DNA of 61,426 nt, filler included, from Choristocarpus tenellus KU-1152 (Eukaryota > Protista > Phaeophyceae), in NCBI GenBank assembly GCA_964200185.2. It is 11 parts of 11 records of this genome, joined end to end, with 100 filler letters (N's around TTAATTAATTAA, not from the genome) between each part and the next. Parts side by side here need not be neighbours in the genome. Positions count along the whole stretch, not along the records: positions 10,232 to 12,975 come from CAXNAD020025114.1; positions 13,076 to 24,715 come from CAXNAD020002210.1; positions 24,816 to 34,667 come from CAXNAD020003332.1; 8 more parts are not named here. The stretch is one strand, 5' to 3'. Below, piece after piece: positions 12,741-25,545 of this stretch; the first letter of the stretch is position 1; each line of letters starts with the position of its first letter. The position numbers and the translations under genes were made by a program. The notes beneath the pieces were generated by a model. That model had not been told where the DNA came from. It saw only the letters and a program-made list of their open reading frames with translations, and did not search any database.

Positions 12741-13278
12741 CCTGACACGTCTACATAGCAGTACTTGTGTTGTGACAGGCACTATCTGTCGTAGACGGGA
12801 TTTGATAGCTCCTTTCCTGCGGTAGCCTCCCACTCCTCTCTCCCCTACCACATGCGTAGCTAACAAGTAATATCATTTGAAAGTCAACACGTTCGGATTG
12901 AATATAGGTATCTTCAAAATATTTTTTCATTTGGAAATGGTCGAGAAACTGTCCCGACCCGAAGTATCTGGGGGGNNNNNNNNNNNNNNNNNNNNNNNNN
13001 NNNNNNNNNNNNNNNNNNNTTAATTAATTAANNNNNNNNNNNNNNNNNNNNNNNNNNNNNNNNNNNNNNNNNNNNTGGCATATACTTTCGTCTTGGGGTT
13101 GCGTCACAGTAAGATATGCCAGGAGAGCGACAGTATGTTTTAGAAAGACTGAAGAGACTCGGAGGTAGAAGGTACACACAGTATTCTCCTTATGGCGAGG
13201 CGGGAGATGAGCATTAACACACAAAGATCATGAAAAAAAAGCGCTCGTATTCGTTTCTATCCTATCCATGAAGCTTAT

Positions 13279-13683
13279 GATTGATTTCCCAGCTCACCAC
13301 GAATAATTAGTTGCTTTGGCGATTGATTTCCCAGCTCACCACGCTTATCACTCGATTCCACGATTGATTTTCTAGCTTGCCATGATTAATTAGTTGCTTC
13401 AAAGATTGATTTCCCAGCTCGCCATGATTAATTAGTCGCTTCGATGATTAATTTCCCAGCTCATCACGATTAATCAGTCGCTTCGACGATTGATTTCCCA
13501 GCTCACCACGATTAATCAGTCACTTCGACGATTGATTTCCCAGCTCACCACGATTAATTACCCGATTCCACGATTGATTTCCCAGCTCACCACGATTAAT
13601 TACCCGATTCCACGATTGATTTCCCAGCTAACCATGATTAATCAGTCCCTTTGATTATTGATTTCCCAGCTAACCACGATTAA
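13279..13683. repeat. 42-bp minisatellite, about 10 units
   Basis: Unit GATTGATTTCCCAGCTCACCACGATTAATCAGTCGCTTCGAC repeated head-to-tail. Confidence 0.95.
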
Positions 13684-13759
13684 TTGCTACAAAAACGATT
13701 TTGTATCACATAACAAAATCGGGGTACCTACTGAATGGTTATTTGTAGAGAGATTTATT

Positions 13760-14360
13760 GGTGCGCATTACTTTCAGAATTGCCAATCCGTTGGTTGATT
13801 AAAGGATGACACCACCTCAAAAGAAATGATACAATTCAAAACAAACACAAACCTATACCCATTATAACAACCTCCTCAATGTGGGGCTCAAAGTGTCTGG
13901 GGGGTGGGGTGGCGGCTGTACATTTGGGGTCAATTTTTTCATGTCGCGATTTTTGTGTGATTTGGTTGCATATGTTGGATGGATAATGTAAATGCACCAT
14001 TCCTGATTTTGGTCCAAAAATGGACACCCTGTAGCCCTCCCCCCCTTCCCAGATACTTTGGGACTGGCAGCCATGCCTGGTGGTGGGGAAGGGGTAGCAG
14101 CCACTCAAGCAGTTTATATTGATCAAATAGTTCAAATCTCTTTTCATGTGCAGGTCCCGAGGTGACATATTGGCCTAAATTGACATTCTCAAGATCTCAT
14201 CCTGGGTCAATCTTGAGAAGGCCTTGAATTGTTTTGTGTCCAATTCTTCCATGCGAAGAACAGGGTACACACTATCGTACGCCACCAATTTCTTTTGTAG
14301 ACTTCGGCAGGCACTGTAACTATTTCTGCAGTTAGTCGTCCTGAAGTCCAAAAAAGTCAT
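13760..14360 (-). pseudogene. Possible PIF/Harbinger transposase N-terminal remnant interrupted by MITE B
   Basis: LDTKQFKAFSRLTQDEI ... FPTTRHGC|MITE|HIEEVVIM...LLRW resembles the F..F.R.T / T..G....EEA...L.R pattern of DDE_Tnp_4-associated N-termini; many stops. Confidence 0.35.
13885..14064 (+). mobile_element. MITE family B, full copy
   Basis: GGCTCAAAGTGTCTGGGGG...CCCAGATACTTTGGGAC, 180 bp, with poly-G/poly-C subterminal tracts. Confidence 0.85.
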
Positions 14361-14755
14361 AATAGCTTATGTCAAAGATAGGATGTGTGTAGAGACACTG
14401 TTCTTTGACAATGTTCTTGTTTTGCATTATATGAAACAGCTGAAACCTCCTAGCAGAGGTCTCTCGAATGACCACTTTGCACATCACCTCCCCCCTTCTG
14501 CATCCCTCAACATGCCCCAACAAGAGGCAAAACGCCCCAGCCACAAGGCTTAAAAAGCAAAGTCATGGTCGTTTGGACCGAAATCACTGCTCACAGAATT
14601 TCCAAAACTCTAACCTCCCTCTTAATTCCTGAAAAATGTAACACACAAGGATGACAATCATCATAAACCTTAATACTCTTCACGTGTTCATTGCAGTCTA
14701 AGCATGAAAATCCAGCACAGAGTAAATGAATTTCCGAAACCATGATCACAGAGAT

Positions 14756-15410
14756 GGGCCAAAATATCTGGGGGGGGGGTGTCGGCGTCCGTTTTTCACC
14801 CTTTTTCGATTTTCACTTTTTGATATGATTTGGTCGCACGTGTCGGATTGGAAATGTGGGCAAAAAAAAGAAGACTGATTGTTAGGCTCCCTGCTGTCCT
14901 TGCATACGGAAGAGCAATGGGAATATATGCCACCATTTACTTGGGCTTGGTTAGGAGTTTCGACGTTTGCATGTGTCGGATTTCGAATTTGTTCAAACAG
15001 GCTTATTGGTTGATGTATGTTGGTCGTATACGGTTAGGATGAAGAATGAGAGATATGCCATTGGTTGTTTCAGGGCTAGTTATATTGGTTTGTTTGGTTG
15101 CATGAATGGGATTTGGTGTTAGCATATAAAGAAGGCTGTCGGTTAGGGTGTGTTTTCCCAGTGTTAGCACGAGGAATTGAAAAAACGATTATGGACTGTT
15201 TCGAGGTTAGTTTTTTCGTTTATTTGCTTGCATGAGTTGTGTCTGGTATGTACACAAAGAGGACTGTCAGTTAGGGCCTGTTCTCCTGGTGTGTGCACGA
15301 GGAACTAAAACATATACCATGGACTGTTTTTAATTTAGTTTTTTGTTTATTTGCTTGCATGTGCCGGATTTAGTATGTACACACAAATGGGGTTGTCACT
15401 CAGGGTGTTA
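14756..15410 (+). mobile_element. Left end of a long family-C element with about 130-bp subterminal tandem repeats
   Basis: The first 115 bp or so match the reverse complement of the short family-C copy at 56482-56655. About 4.5 diverged 130-bp units follow (GCAYG anchors near 14836, 14969, 15100, 15230, 15357). Confidence 0.7.
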
Positions 15411-18206
15411 GGGTTAAAGTTGTTGGTATGAAGGAAGGGAAAAGGGTCAGGTTTTGCTTTCGGGTTAGTGTAGTGTATCTTTGATGTAATGTATGGACGG
15501 ATTCTGGATGTGCTCACGAATGGTTATTGGTCAAGGTTTATTGTCGTACATTTCTCTGGAAGTATCTCAAGATATACTTCCCGTGGTTCTGGGTTCGGGT
15601 TAGTGGGTTGAATAAATCCTGATGAGCTAGGGTTGGTTTGGTATAAGTAGGGTCAATGACGGCACTGGTACGTAATTCAGGTGAGACTCTTGTCGATTTT
15701 AGGTTGCCACGGGATGCACATGGGCTCAGTGTAAGTTTTAGGGTAAGGTTATGGTTAGGGTTGCTGTGCGGGGGTGACGATCCAGGCCATTCGTTGAGTT
15801 CATGGCACGTATTTGTGGTAGGCTCAGGGTTGGTGTTGTGCTTAGGAGCATCGGGTGTGGACTTCGGTATATGATCATCCAAGATTTGAAGGAGGACGAG
15901 ATCAGCCCAAGGTTGTTCGACACTTGGTCAAAGCATCAGATGGTGCATAGAGTATTGAGAAGTAGGGGGGAGCTAGGTAGTAGGGTTCACGGAATAATAA
16001 GCGGCTTGTAAGAAGACAACATATCCATCGCAAGCCTTGGCGAATTGATTGGAAAGTTAGTGGAAAAGATGGAGAAGAGTTGTTAAAAAAATGTTTTAGA
16101 TTTTTGTAGCTGAACGTTATGTTGGCCACTCTCTGTTAAACAAATTATAACACAGGTCTAATCCTCAAGATGAATATCATATATGATACACTCACACCTC
16201 TGACTGGTAGCAATGTATCCGATATTACTGTCTAAATGCATAACCCATCGAATGGAAAGTACATGAACATGGTAGTCGGACACCAAGGCAAGGTACACTA
16301 ATACATAAATCAGACACAAGTAACTCGATCCGTACTTCCAACAAAAAAGTGAAACGACTGAAGCCCTATTTCAATTGGTGGGCGGACTCGAAATGGCATT
16401 CCTCACCCTTTTGCCACCACTCTACAAGCCTCGGGTATGCCTTGACAAGAAGGTGCCATAGGTTTAGACACGTGGAATACCTGTCGTTCCAAGGTTTGGG
16501 CTTCACAAGGCTCATGAAGCTGGCCTTCCTTGCATGGAGTGCTTCCACATGCTCGGGACAAACGTGTTGCTTGGCTTCCCTTCACAATCGCTGAGTTTAA
16601 CCTGTGTGTGCTCATGGACGTAGCAGTCATCACCAAATATAAGCTTTTTGGCCCCTTTATTGGCCTTGATGAGCCTGAACCCATGGTCGTATATGACTTG
16701 GGTAAGGTTTTGTTGCCGATCGTAGGGGCTCGGTAACACACGCCTCCATGAAGTCTTCGGTGATCTGTTGAACTATCCCACACTGGACCCGCGGCTTTTA
16801 TGGTGCTTTGATGAAGGACAAAGAACAGCTTGATATAGATGAACAATGTTAGTATTACAAGGGCCTTTGTGGTCTCGATTGCGCTGACTGAGCTCGTGGG
16901 TGAGACTCTAGCCTTAGCTACCATTATTATTCTACAGTGTGGGGTTTGTAATCGTCCACACTAATTTACTATGAATCACTTGTTTACTTGTCTTAACTAT
17001 AGGAAGTGTATCTTGAACATGATATAAAACCAATCAACGCTACGAGTCAGTACATATAATATATCTGTCACTGGCTCTCCATCCTATTATCCCATCCACA
17101 GGTGGTGTCTACGTGTATCAGCAGCACTATCTACGAACATTATCCCCACATCAGATGCATCACCGGAGTTGGCCGCGTCCTGTGTTACGCAGTCGTCATC
17201 ACGATTTGAGGATGTTTCATCGTCATCCTCGTACCTTGTAGAAGATGAGCATGTATTTTCTGCATATCTGCCCTTTCTGGCATGAACAAAGATGTCCTGA
17301 AAAAAGCCAGGTTTTAAAGCGCTGCCATCATTTCCACGAGGCTGTTTGAAGGGTCTAATCCGTCCAGCACCTTCTCTCAACCTCTTCTTCCTAATTATCG
17401 TCCTTTTGGCCTTCCCTTTACCTTTTGTGGAAGGCTTGTCCCTTGGTGTTGTGGTTGACTCAGCATGGGTGTCGTTCACACTTCGCTCCACAGTATCGTC
17501 GATCCTGTTCCCTCGCTCCTTTGACTCGTCGCCGTTGCTTGCCAACTGCATCGACATTTGGGGACATTCCAGGGTCACTCCCGACACACATGGACTCTGT
17601 GTCCGTGCGTAGCTACCTCCCACGTCCTCCTGTACATGTTCCTCAGGACCTGACAAAGCGTTATAATCAGACTGGTCCCCATTGGCTTCAGAGTCGTGTT
17701 CTGAGGGTGTGGTTGAATACCTTCCCCCATGGAGTGTCCCGCTTCTCGCACCTACTGCAGGGTTAGGCGATGGCGTCTCCTGTTTCTCCTTCTCACCTGG
17801 TGGGTCGGGTCCTCCCAAGGTATAGGCGTGGATGCGCCACCAGCTATCGGTGTCTTCACCAGCGCAAAATTGCGGAAGATGGAGAGTTCGTCAATAAGGA
17901 GTTGGATATTGTCTGGATTGAGGTTGTCCCCGAGGGCGGTGCATGTGATTTACGATGCCTCCTGGTCGGGTCAGAAGGGCGACTTCTTTCTCGTGGGCGG
18001 CGCTCTTTTCGGACTTGAACTTGTCAAGGTCATGCTCGGACGTGGCGTTTTTCTCTGGTGTGTTCACAATGTTTGTGACTCGTGTTATCTCTGTAGTGGT
18101 GGGAGGAGTAGGTAAAGGACGTGGCAAAGTAGGAGGCAAGACAGCGGGAAGAGGGGTTAGGATAAGGAGGCAAAGGATGAGGCAGATGTTGAAGAAAATG
18201 ATTAAT

Positions 18207-18250
18207 GGTCAAAGTATCTGGGGGGGGGTTGCCGGTGTCCGTTTTTGACC
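18207..18250 (+). mobile_element. Isolated family C-like terminus
   Basis: GGTCAAAGTATCTGGGGGGGGGTTGCCGGTGTCCGTTTTTGACC, similar to 14756 and to the reverse complement of 51881-51918. Confidence 0.7.
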
Positions 18251-19227
18251 TAAGCGAAGGAGGATGTAGAGGAGGGGGCAAATGCTGAGAAAAAGATGGA
18301 AGGGAAGGAGTTCGTGCGGTTCGTCGTCCTTGGGCGGATTCTTTTAGCCCATAGGTCAGAAAGACAAGTAGGGCTTGTAACACTGGGGTAAGAAGATGCG
18401 TATAGGACTAAAGGACATTAATCGCGACATAATTTCTCACCCTGCACTGGGTTGTACCGATCGACAGAGCACAGCGAAATTATGAATAAATCTTTTCCAG
18501 GAGCAGTTTCACAACATATAAAACTCAAGAACCCTGCGTCAGTGTACGTTGTGAAACTGTTCAACGTTGGTAAGATCTCTGAGAGTCAAGGCGATGCATT
18601 TGGTGTAGGGGTCATTGTTTGATGTTCGTGTATGGCGGTGTTGTACAATGATGTGATTGCTTGCCTGTTTGTTCGCTACTGGTGTTCAAGGTAACGCCCT
18701 CTGAGTATTTGACGATGTCCAGGTAGACTGTACCCTCCTCCACATCATCCCGCAACATGGGGTCCCTTTTCACCTGTGGATTTGTGAGGTTAAATTTATG
18801 TGCGCAATCGGGGCATTTATTGTGAGGTGACTTGTTACGAACTAAAATATGGTCGCTCAGGATGTATTTTTTCTTTGGAGTGGCCTGTTCTGAGGACCGG
18901 ACTGAGGACTCGTTGGCATCAGGGTGGATCCCTAGCTTGTCTTTCCTCTTGAGGTCGTTCATGACCTGCGCAGTGATCTCCAGGACAGCCCTTTCGATGA
19001 GGACATCCTTGGTGTGAATCCTCCACAGGAGTACCCTTTTGACTTTCCAGGGTTGTGATGCCCAGTCTTCATCAGCCTGGGCGGTAGACGCAGGGTCTGG
19101 AACGCCATTCCCTAGTATGTTCTTCTTCCCCTTTCCTCGCTTCCTCTTCTTCTTTCCTTGGTCGGGGTCGGCCGGGGGTCATTTGTTCCGGACGCCCCTT
19201 AGAGTGTTCGAGAATTGTCATGGAGGA

Positions 19228-19477
19228 GAGTGAAAGTATCTTAGAGGGTACCAGTTTTTCCCTGTTTGTCCATTTGGGGCTTGACTTCACATGTGTTTTT
19301 TTTTTACATTTTCCTTCTCCAAAATGTTTAGGAGTAGGTAAATGTATACCTTATGAAAAGGCGTGTCCGAGACATAGATATTGACACGTCCTAACAAACA
19401 CGATAGCCAAAATTACATCAAAATCGGATCTTGAACCCCAAGTGGACGCGGTACTACCCTCTAAGATACTTTGGCTC
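19228..19477 (-). mobile_element. MITE family A copy
   Basis: GAGTGAAAGTATCTTAGAGGGTA...TACCCTCTAAGATACTTTGGCTC with a perfect TSD AGGA/AGGA. Confidence 0.9.
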
Positions 19478-20879
19478 AGGAGCGCATGGATAGTGGAATG
19501 GTAAATCTCATGTATGATATGTGTGTCTACCTCGCTAGGCACAAACTTGATGGTAAATATTGCGGTTGTTGCAGGCTCAGGAGGGGGGTATAGGCATATA
19601 CATGTATATGATTGGTGAATCGTCATAGTCAGAGCTTGACTTACCCATTCCTCTGGAAATGTCTCTGTTCCGACGATATACGTCAACGACAGCGCGTCGG
19701 TAGATGATTTTTTCGCCGCCTGCCCTGAGAACACATGTGCAGGCACTTCGACTATGTTGCGCCAGCGATGCCTTGGGGGGTCTCCCCTCTGAGAATGGAT
19801 AGTAGTCCAACTCCAGCAAGGATATCAGTGCACATTCTTACGAAGTACTGCTCCTTAACCTCGGATGTGAGCTTCTACATGTACAGGTGGGCAATCGTGT
19901 TCAATTAGGAAACCGGAAAGAATGTGCTTTGATGATACGAAGGATTTAGGCTTAACAATGTATCAATCTGGGAAGGGTTTGCAGGGGATGTGTGTCACGC
20001 AGAAGAACCCCATGGTCTTAAGATTCGACGTGTGGGGACGTGTGGGGAATGTTTATCTCACCTGCAACCTCTAGGTGTGTGTGAACCCCCCGCAGTTCTT
20101 GAGTGATTCGATGGCGGCATCCGGGCTAGGGTACCACAGCACAGTGAACATGTGAACCGCCCTAAAGTCAAATTTGTCCTAGTCAGGTGCGCGTTATGTG
20201 TGTGGAGGGTAAGGTCACGTTATGAGGACAGAAGAACGTGGGAATGGGAGTGTGTCTGTTGGTTAATGGATTATGTCATAACGCCTATGGCGAAACACAT
20301 GTATAAAACGTCAATTCAAGTTAAGTCTGCGAAGCCAGGGGTTAATATGATGTTGTTGGACCGTTAGTATTGGGGTATTTGATGTCAAAACATCGAGATG
20401 GCTGCATCGCGCTTACACAGGAGCCCTCGCGCTTCTTGTGTTCTCTCCACACACCAAGAAGGGTCTCCTCCAGTTCTTTTGTCTCTGGTGGAACATAGTG
20501 GGGGGAAGAAAGGGAATGGATTAGTTAGATCACCGATGTCGAATTAGTATGGACATGGGCGACGAAAAGTAGGAGAAGCTTCGTAATCGTTTCACGAATC
20601 GTTCCCTGGGAATGATCCATAATATCCTCACCTTCTCCCGCGCATATATGCACAAGGGTAGCAATCGAGTTGAAGAACTGGGCGGAGGTTTGGTCGCCTA
20701 GTCTACTCATCCCAGCTTCCGTGACTGTGTCCTCCCACACTTTCGTTAGGAATGCCTTCATTTTTGCTGCAACTCTCCTCTTTATTGCGGAGTGGAACGC
20801 GGGGCACTTCGGAAGTCAATGTCTCCTAAGTAATACTGGTTAATGTATGGAACCAAATCACCCAAGTATCGCCATATTA

Positions 20880-20965
20880 AAAGATTGGTCCCAAATGGAC
20901 AGCCGCAATCCCCCCCAGATATTTTGAGCCAGGGCAAACTCGTACCCTCTAAGATACTTTCACTC
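20880..20965. mobile_element. Fused fragments: family B end followed by family A end
   Basis: ...CCCCCCCAGATATTTTGAGCC directly joined to AGGGCAAACTCGTACCCTCTAAGATACTTTCACTC. Confidence 0.75.
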
Positions 20966-21639
20966 TTGCCTTGTGCATGTCGGCCTTGAACTTGTTGATG
21001 GTTTTCCATCTCGAGCACAAAGAGAAAGGCTGTCCACTCAGGAACCCTGCGAGCTTGTCGGCGGCAACCTGTGGGTCTGGTCCCATTTTTGAAAACATGG
21101 ACTATTCTCTATCTTTGTCGAGGAATTTTGGCATTATACCTCTGGGACAAGAAAGCAGATGTGGCCATGCCGATCGTACACGTTGCGCTGAGGTTTGACA
21201 TGATCAACTCTGTCGACTTTTCTTCTTTGTGGTTCTTTGGGCCTCCGCCCGACTGCCTGTGAAGGTAGGGGGGGATGTTTTATGGCAACGATATCAGCAA
21301 ATGAGGAGGATATCAACACAGGGGTGGACACTGTGGCTAGGCGATGACAGCATGGGTGTTGTTGTATATACAGTGCTAGAGTATGTGATCAATGATGATG
21401 GAATCTCTAGGGGGTACAGGGTTCGTGTCCATGCGTGGACTAGGCAAACGTGAGGTGATAAGGGCTAAGCGTTGTTGTCACCATGAGGATGGCGTAGTGC
21501 TTTCCGTGAGACAGCTATTTATGAACATGCAGCGAACGGTAAACCATGCCAATATCGAAGGAATATGATATACGATAACACACCAATATCGTACGTAGAC
21601 GAAAAAGATTTACGCACCGACCCAGATTAGATGTTTGGA

Positions 21640-22012
21640 GGGTAACCCTGCACAGGTTTGTGTTTGATATAGGGTAGACAATAACGAAGAAATTTCGAAA
21701 GCACAGCAAGAGGGTTGGGGTGGTTTGTATCTATTTGAAACAAGAACCCTAAGCAGGAAAACATAATATGGAACTGCATAGGGTGAAAGACGAAGATGCA
21801 AAGGACTTACGCGCCAACTCGGGTTAGATGTCAGGAGGGCAACCACACACTGGTTTGTGTTTGACATAGGGCGGACAGTAACGAAGAAATTTGATGCGTT
21901 CTACTGGACGATCAAGGCAATCAATTTCGAAAGCACGGCAAGACGGTTGGGGTTGGTGTGTACCGATTTGGAACAAGAACCCTAAGCAGGAAAACATAAT
22001 ATGGAACCGCGA
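21640..22012. repeat. Tandem duplication, about 200-bp period
   Basis: GGTTTGTGTTTGA.ATAGGG..GACA.TAACGAAGAAATTT...GAAAGCAC.GCAAGA...AACAAGAACCCTAAGCAGGAAAACATAATATGGAAC occurs twice. Confidence 0.85.
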
Positions 22013-22659
22013 AAGTGAAAGAATGAATGCACCAGTTTGAAACGAATATGGCAAATTTGGAACTCGCTTCGAAGTAGAAATTTGTTATGTTCTGTCAGTT
22101 GGTAGAAGCCACCAAATTCTAAAGTTAGGTTGCCGCGTTTTTTTGGACCAAACTGCGCGCGTGTATTGATATCACCGCTCGAGTTAAATCGAGATCACGT
22201 TGCGACGTGATACGAACCTTATGGGAAAGTTCCAATCATTTCGGAGCCCTAACACAGGCGTATCGATGGTGTCACCACGTAACATTCCACAGACGGATCC
22301 TGTGGTGCGTGGAATTGGTTCGTGAAATCTCTGTTATATTTCGGATCAGTTGTCTGATTACTCTCAACATATGTCACTGCAACCCATGTTCGAATTTCGG
22401 AAAAACGTTTGGTTGCATTCGCTGGAATTAATTCTGACAAATAGCTGGTGCATTGCAACTACGTCGACGTGTTAGATGCAGGGTGAAATGTGTCTCTTCG
22501 CGGATTGGGTTGAGTGTTGGAAATGCAGACTATAAATCTTGGTTAGCGTTAGGGATAGGATCATGGGTGTTTCCTTCAGGGCTTACATTGTCAGCGACTG
22601 GGGTGGCATAAGATGGTTTATGAACGTTTTCGTTAAACAGGTTATAGATGCCTGACTAG

Positions 22660-24226
22660 TGATGTTGGTGATACCTCTACTGACAGCTGGTGTGAGCACT
22701 GTTCTAATGGTGATAAATACAGGGCATCTCCTTCGAAAATTTGAGTGATACCACAAGTGACGGCTGGTGTGTACACGGTTCAAATGGTAAGAAATACAGG
22801 GGCATCTCCTTTGAAAATGCTGGTGATACCACTAGTGACAGCTGGTGTGTACGCGGTTCTAAAAGTGAAAAGTACAGAGCGTCTCCTTTGAAAGGTTTGG
22901 TGATACCACTAATAACAGCTGGTATGTACACGGTTCTGATGGTGATAAATACAGGGCATCTCCTTCGAAAATTTGAGTGATGCCACTAGTGACGCTGGTG
23001 TTTACAGGGTTCTAATGGTAAGAAATACAAATACAGGGGCATCTCCTTCGAAACCTTAGTTATACCACTAATGAGAGCTGGTGTGTACACGGTTCTAAAG
23101 GTGATAAATATAAGACATCTCCTTTGAAAATGTTGGTGATACCACTACTGACAGCTGGTGTGTACACGGTTCTAGTGTTGATAAATACAGGGCATCTCCT
23201 TCGAAAATGTTGGTGATTCCACTAATGACAGCTGGTGTGTACACGGTTCTAAGTGTTGATAAATACAGGGCATCTCCTTCGAAAATGTTGGTGATTCCAC
23301 TAATGACAGCTGGTGTGTACACGGTTGTGACGGTAAGAAATACGGGGGCATCTCCTTTGAAAATGTTGGTGATAGCACTAATGACAGCTGGCGTGTATAG
23401 GGTTCTAATGGTAAGAAATAATACGGGGGCATCTCCTTCGAAAATTTAGTGATACCATTAGTGACAACTGATGTGTACACGGTTCTAATGGAGATAGATA
23501 CAGGGCATCTCCTTCGAAAATGTTGGTGATACCACTAGTGACAGCTGATGTGTACACGATTGTGATGGTAAGAAATACGGGGGCATCTACTTTGAAAATT
23601 TAGTGATATCACTAGTGACAACTGATGTGTACACGGTTCTAATGGAGATAGATACAGGGCATCTCCTTCGAAAATGTTGGTGATATCACTAGTGACAGCT
23701 GATGTGTACACGATTGTGATGGTAAGAAATACGGGGGCATCCACTTTGAAACTTTGAGTGATACCACTAATGACGGCTGGTGTGTAAAGGGTTCTAATGG
23801 TAAGAAATAATAAGGGGGCATCTCCTTCGAAACTTTAGTGATACCACTAGTGACAACTGATGTGTACACGGTTCTAATGGTGATATGTATAGGGCATCTC
23901 CTTCGAAAGTGTTGGTGATACCACTATTGACAGCTGGTGTGTACACGGTTCTAATGGTGATAAATAAGGACACCTTCGAAAATTTAGTGATACCACTAAT
24001 GGCAGCTGGTGTGTACACGGTTCTAAAGAATGAATACGAGGGCATCTCCTTTTGAATTTTAGTGATACCACTATGGACAGCTGGAGTGTGTACACGGTTC
24101 TAATGGTGATATGTACTGGACGTCTCCTTAGAAAATTTCAGTGATACCACCATTGACAGCTGGTGTGTACACAGTTCTAATGGTAAGAAATAATAAGGGG
24201 GCATCTCCTTTGAAAATGTTGGTGAT
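22660..24226. repeat. About 78-bp tandem array, about 20 units
   Basis: Consensus GGCATCTCCTTCGAAAATGTTGGTGATACCACTAGTGACAGCTGGTGTGTACACGGTTCTAATGGTGATAAATACAG; GGCATCTCC anchors are spaced roughly 73-83 bp apart. Confidence 0.97.
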
Positions 24227-24654
24227 GACACAACAGGACACAGATTGGGACAGATGATGATATCTATGCCAACAGAGAGAGATTCGAACTTGAGGGGACG
24301 TCAGGACCAATTCCCTGTCTGTCAACCCTCGTGAAGTGGAAACCGTTCTATATCACAAAGGCCACGGCAAGGTGTGTGCGGAAATAGACTTTCCATTTTT
24401 GAGACACACGCTACAGTGATGTTTGGGTAGGTCTATGGTTACTAGCAGTCACAGGGTACCCAGTCACATACCGCATCATCTGTCTCCACACACAAGGGGG
24501 TGCTAACCCACCGTATCCCTCCCTCCACCCTTCCACAAAATACAGATCATGCGTTTGCATTCACCACATGACCACCGACCTTCACGTTCAGTGCCTAAGA
24601 GAGAACTGGAAGAAAGGACATGCGAGGACGATCATTGGCGACGATGGACAATGA

Positions 24655-24715
24655 GAGTCGAAGTATCTTAGAGGGTAGAGCCGTGTCCATGTGTTGGTCA
24701 AATCAAATGCTGCGA
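24655..24715 (+). mobile_element. MITE family A, truncated by gap
   Basis: GAGTCGAAGTATCTTAGAGGGTAGAGCCGTGTCCAT... Confidence 0.8.
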
Positions 24716-25545
24716 NNNNNNNNNNNNNNNNNNNNNNNNNNNNNNNNNNNNNNNNNNNNTTAATTAATTAANNNNNNNNNNNNNNNNNNNNNNNNNNNNN
24801 NNNNNNNNNNNNNNNCCCCCTCCTAGATACTTCGGGTCATAGGTTGATGATGAGGCTCGCAGACGGTGCCATAGTGAAAATATCACTAAACATCTGCATC
24901 TCTCTCAATTCGATTTATCAGTTTATAATTTAATTGGGCTATAAAAAGGACCGAGACTCGCATGACATGGGCAAAGGATGGTCTCATGATGACTATATAA
25001 TAAGTTCTTCGAAGTAGTCAAGAAGCACAACATACAAAAATCTAGGCCTTCAAGCTCATAATGGCGTAAATTAAACCACCATTAACACCCATTGCCTGTG
25101 ACACTTTTGCCATCGAGCACCTGGAGAAACAAGAACTTTTGGATATCACGAAGACAATGGTGGTTTCGGAAATGTGCTGTTCTATATGCAAGGAATGCAA
25201 GTCAGAAATGGTGACCTACGCAAGGGGTGATCTCATCAAGAAAGTGGTTGGCGAGGCGGTAAATGTGCATCTGGCAGGGACCCTTAGCCCAGACACGGAC
25301 GGAATAAAATATTGTCAAGACAAAAGAGTTTCAGGACCAAGGACTTGACATGCAGCTACGGACACAACTCTTGCCTAAGTCATCGACATTGCTAGAGATG
25401 GTGCTCTTGTGAAATGAACCTGTAGGGATGGCGCTGGTGAGCTGAGATGACCAGTCAAATTCCAGTGAAATATGACTGACAGGGGGATAAAAAGGAGGAA
25501 ATCCCCCTCATACGCCTCTTGCCTCGTGATATCCATCAAGCATCT

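Larger units (their letters stand above)
16360..21330 (-). pseudogene. Unidentified decayed coding remnants (probable transposon cargo)
   Basis: Protein-like segments, all on the minus strand, broken by stops, frameshifts and MITEs. Examples: KFLDKDRE..SLCSRWKTINKFKADMHK; MKAFLTKVWEDTV..; CNNRNIYHQVC..FHYPC; QGKKKRKRGKGKKN..WKVKRVLLWRIHTKDVLIERAVLEITAQVMNDLKRK..KCPDCAHKF; LTQVIYDHGFRLIKAN. No family recognised. Confidence 0.45.

Noticed and set aside
13150-13224. CCCH zinc-finger exon (NTVCTFYLR)
   Set aside because: Too short, lacks the remaining C/H residues and has no clear splice context.
13279-13683. CRISPR-like array
   Set aside because: The variable parts are only 13 bp, mutually homologous and repeated; the context is eukaryotic.
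22660-24226. CRISPR array or repeat-protein gene (ORFs with EPCTHQLSLVVSPTFSKEM)
   Set aside because: No unique spacers and no cas genes. Unit lengths vary by non-multiples of 3, so the frames keep breaking.
24268-24326. tRNA or tRNA-derived SINE (GTTCGAATC on the minus strand)
   Set aside because: Only a B-box-like motif inside an imperfect hairpin; no cloverleaf or convincing A box.
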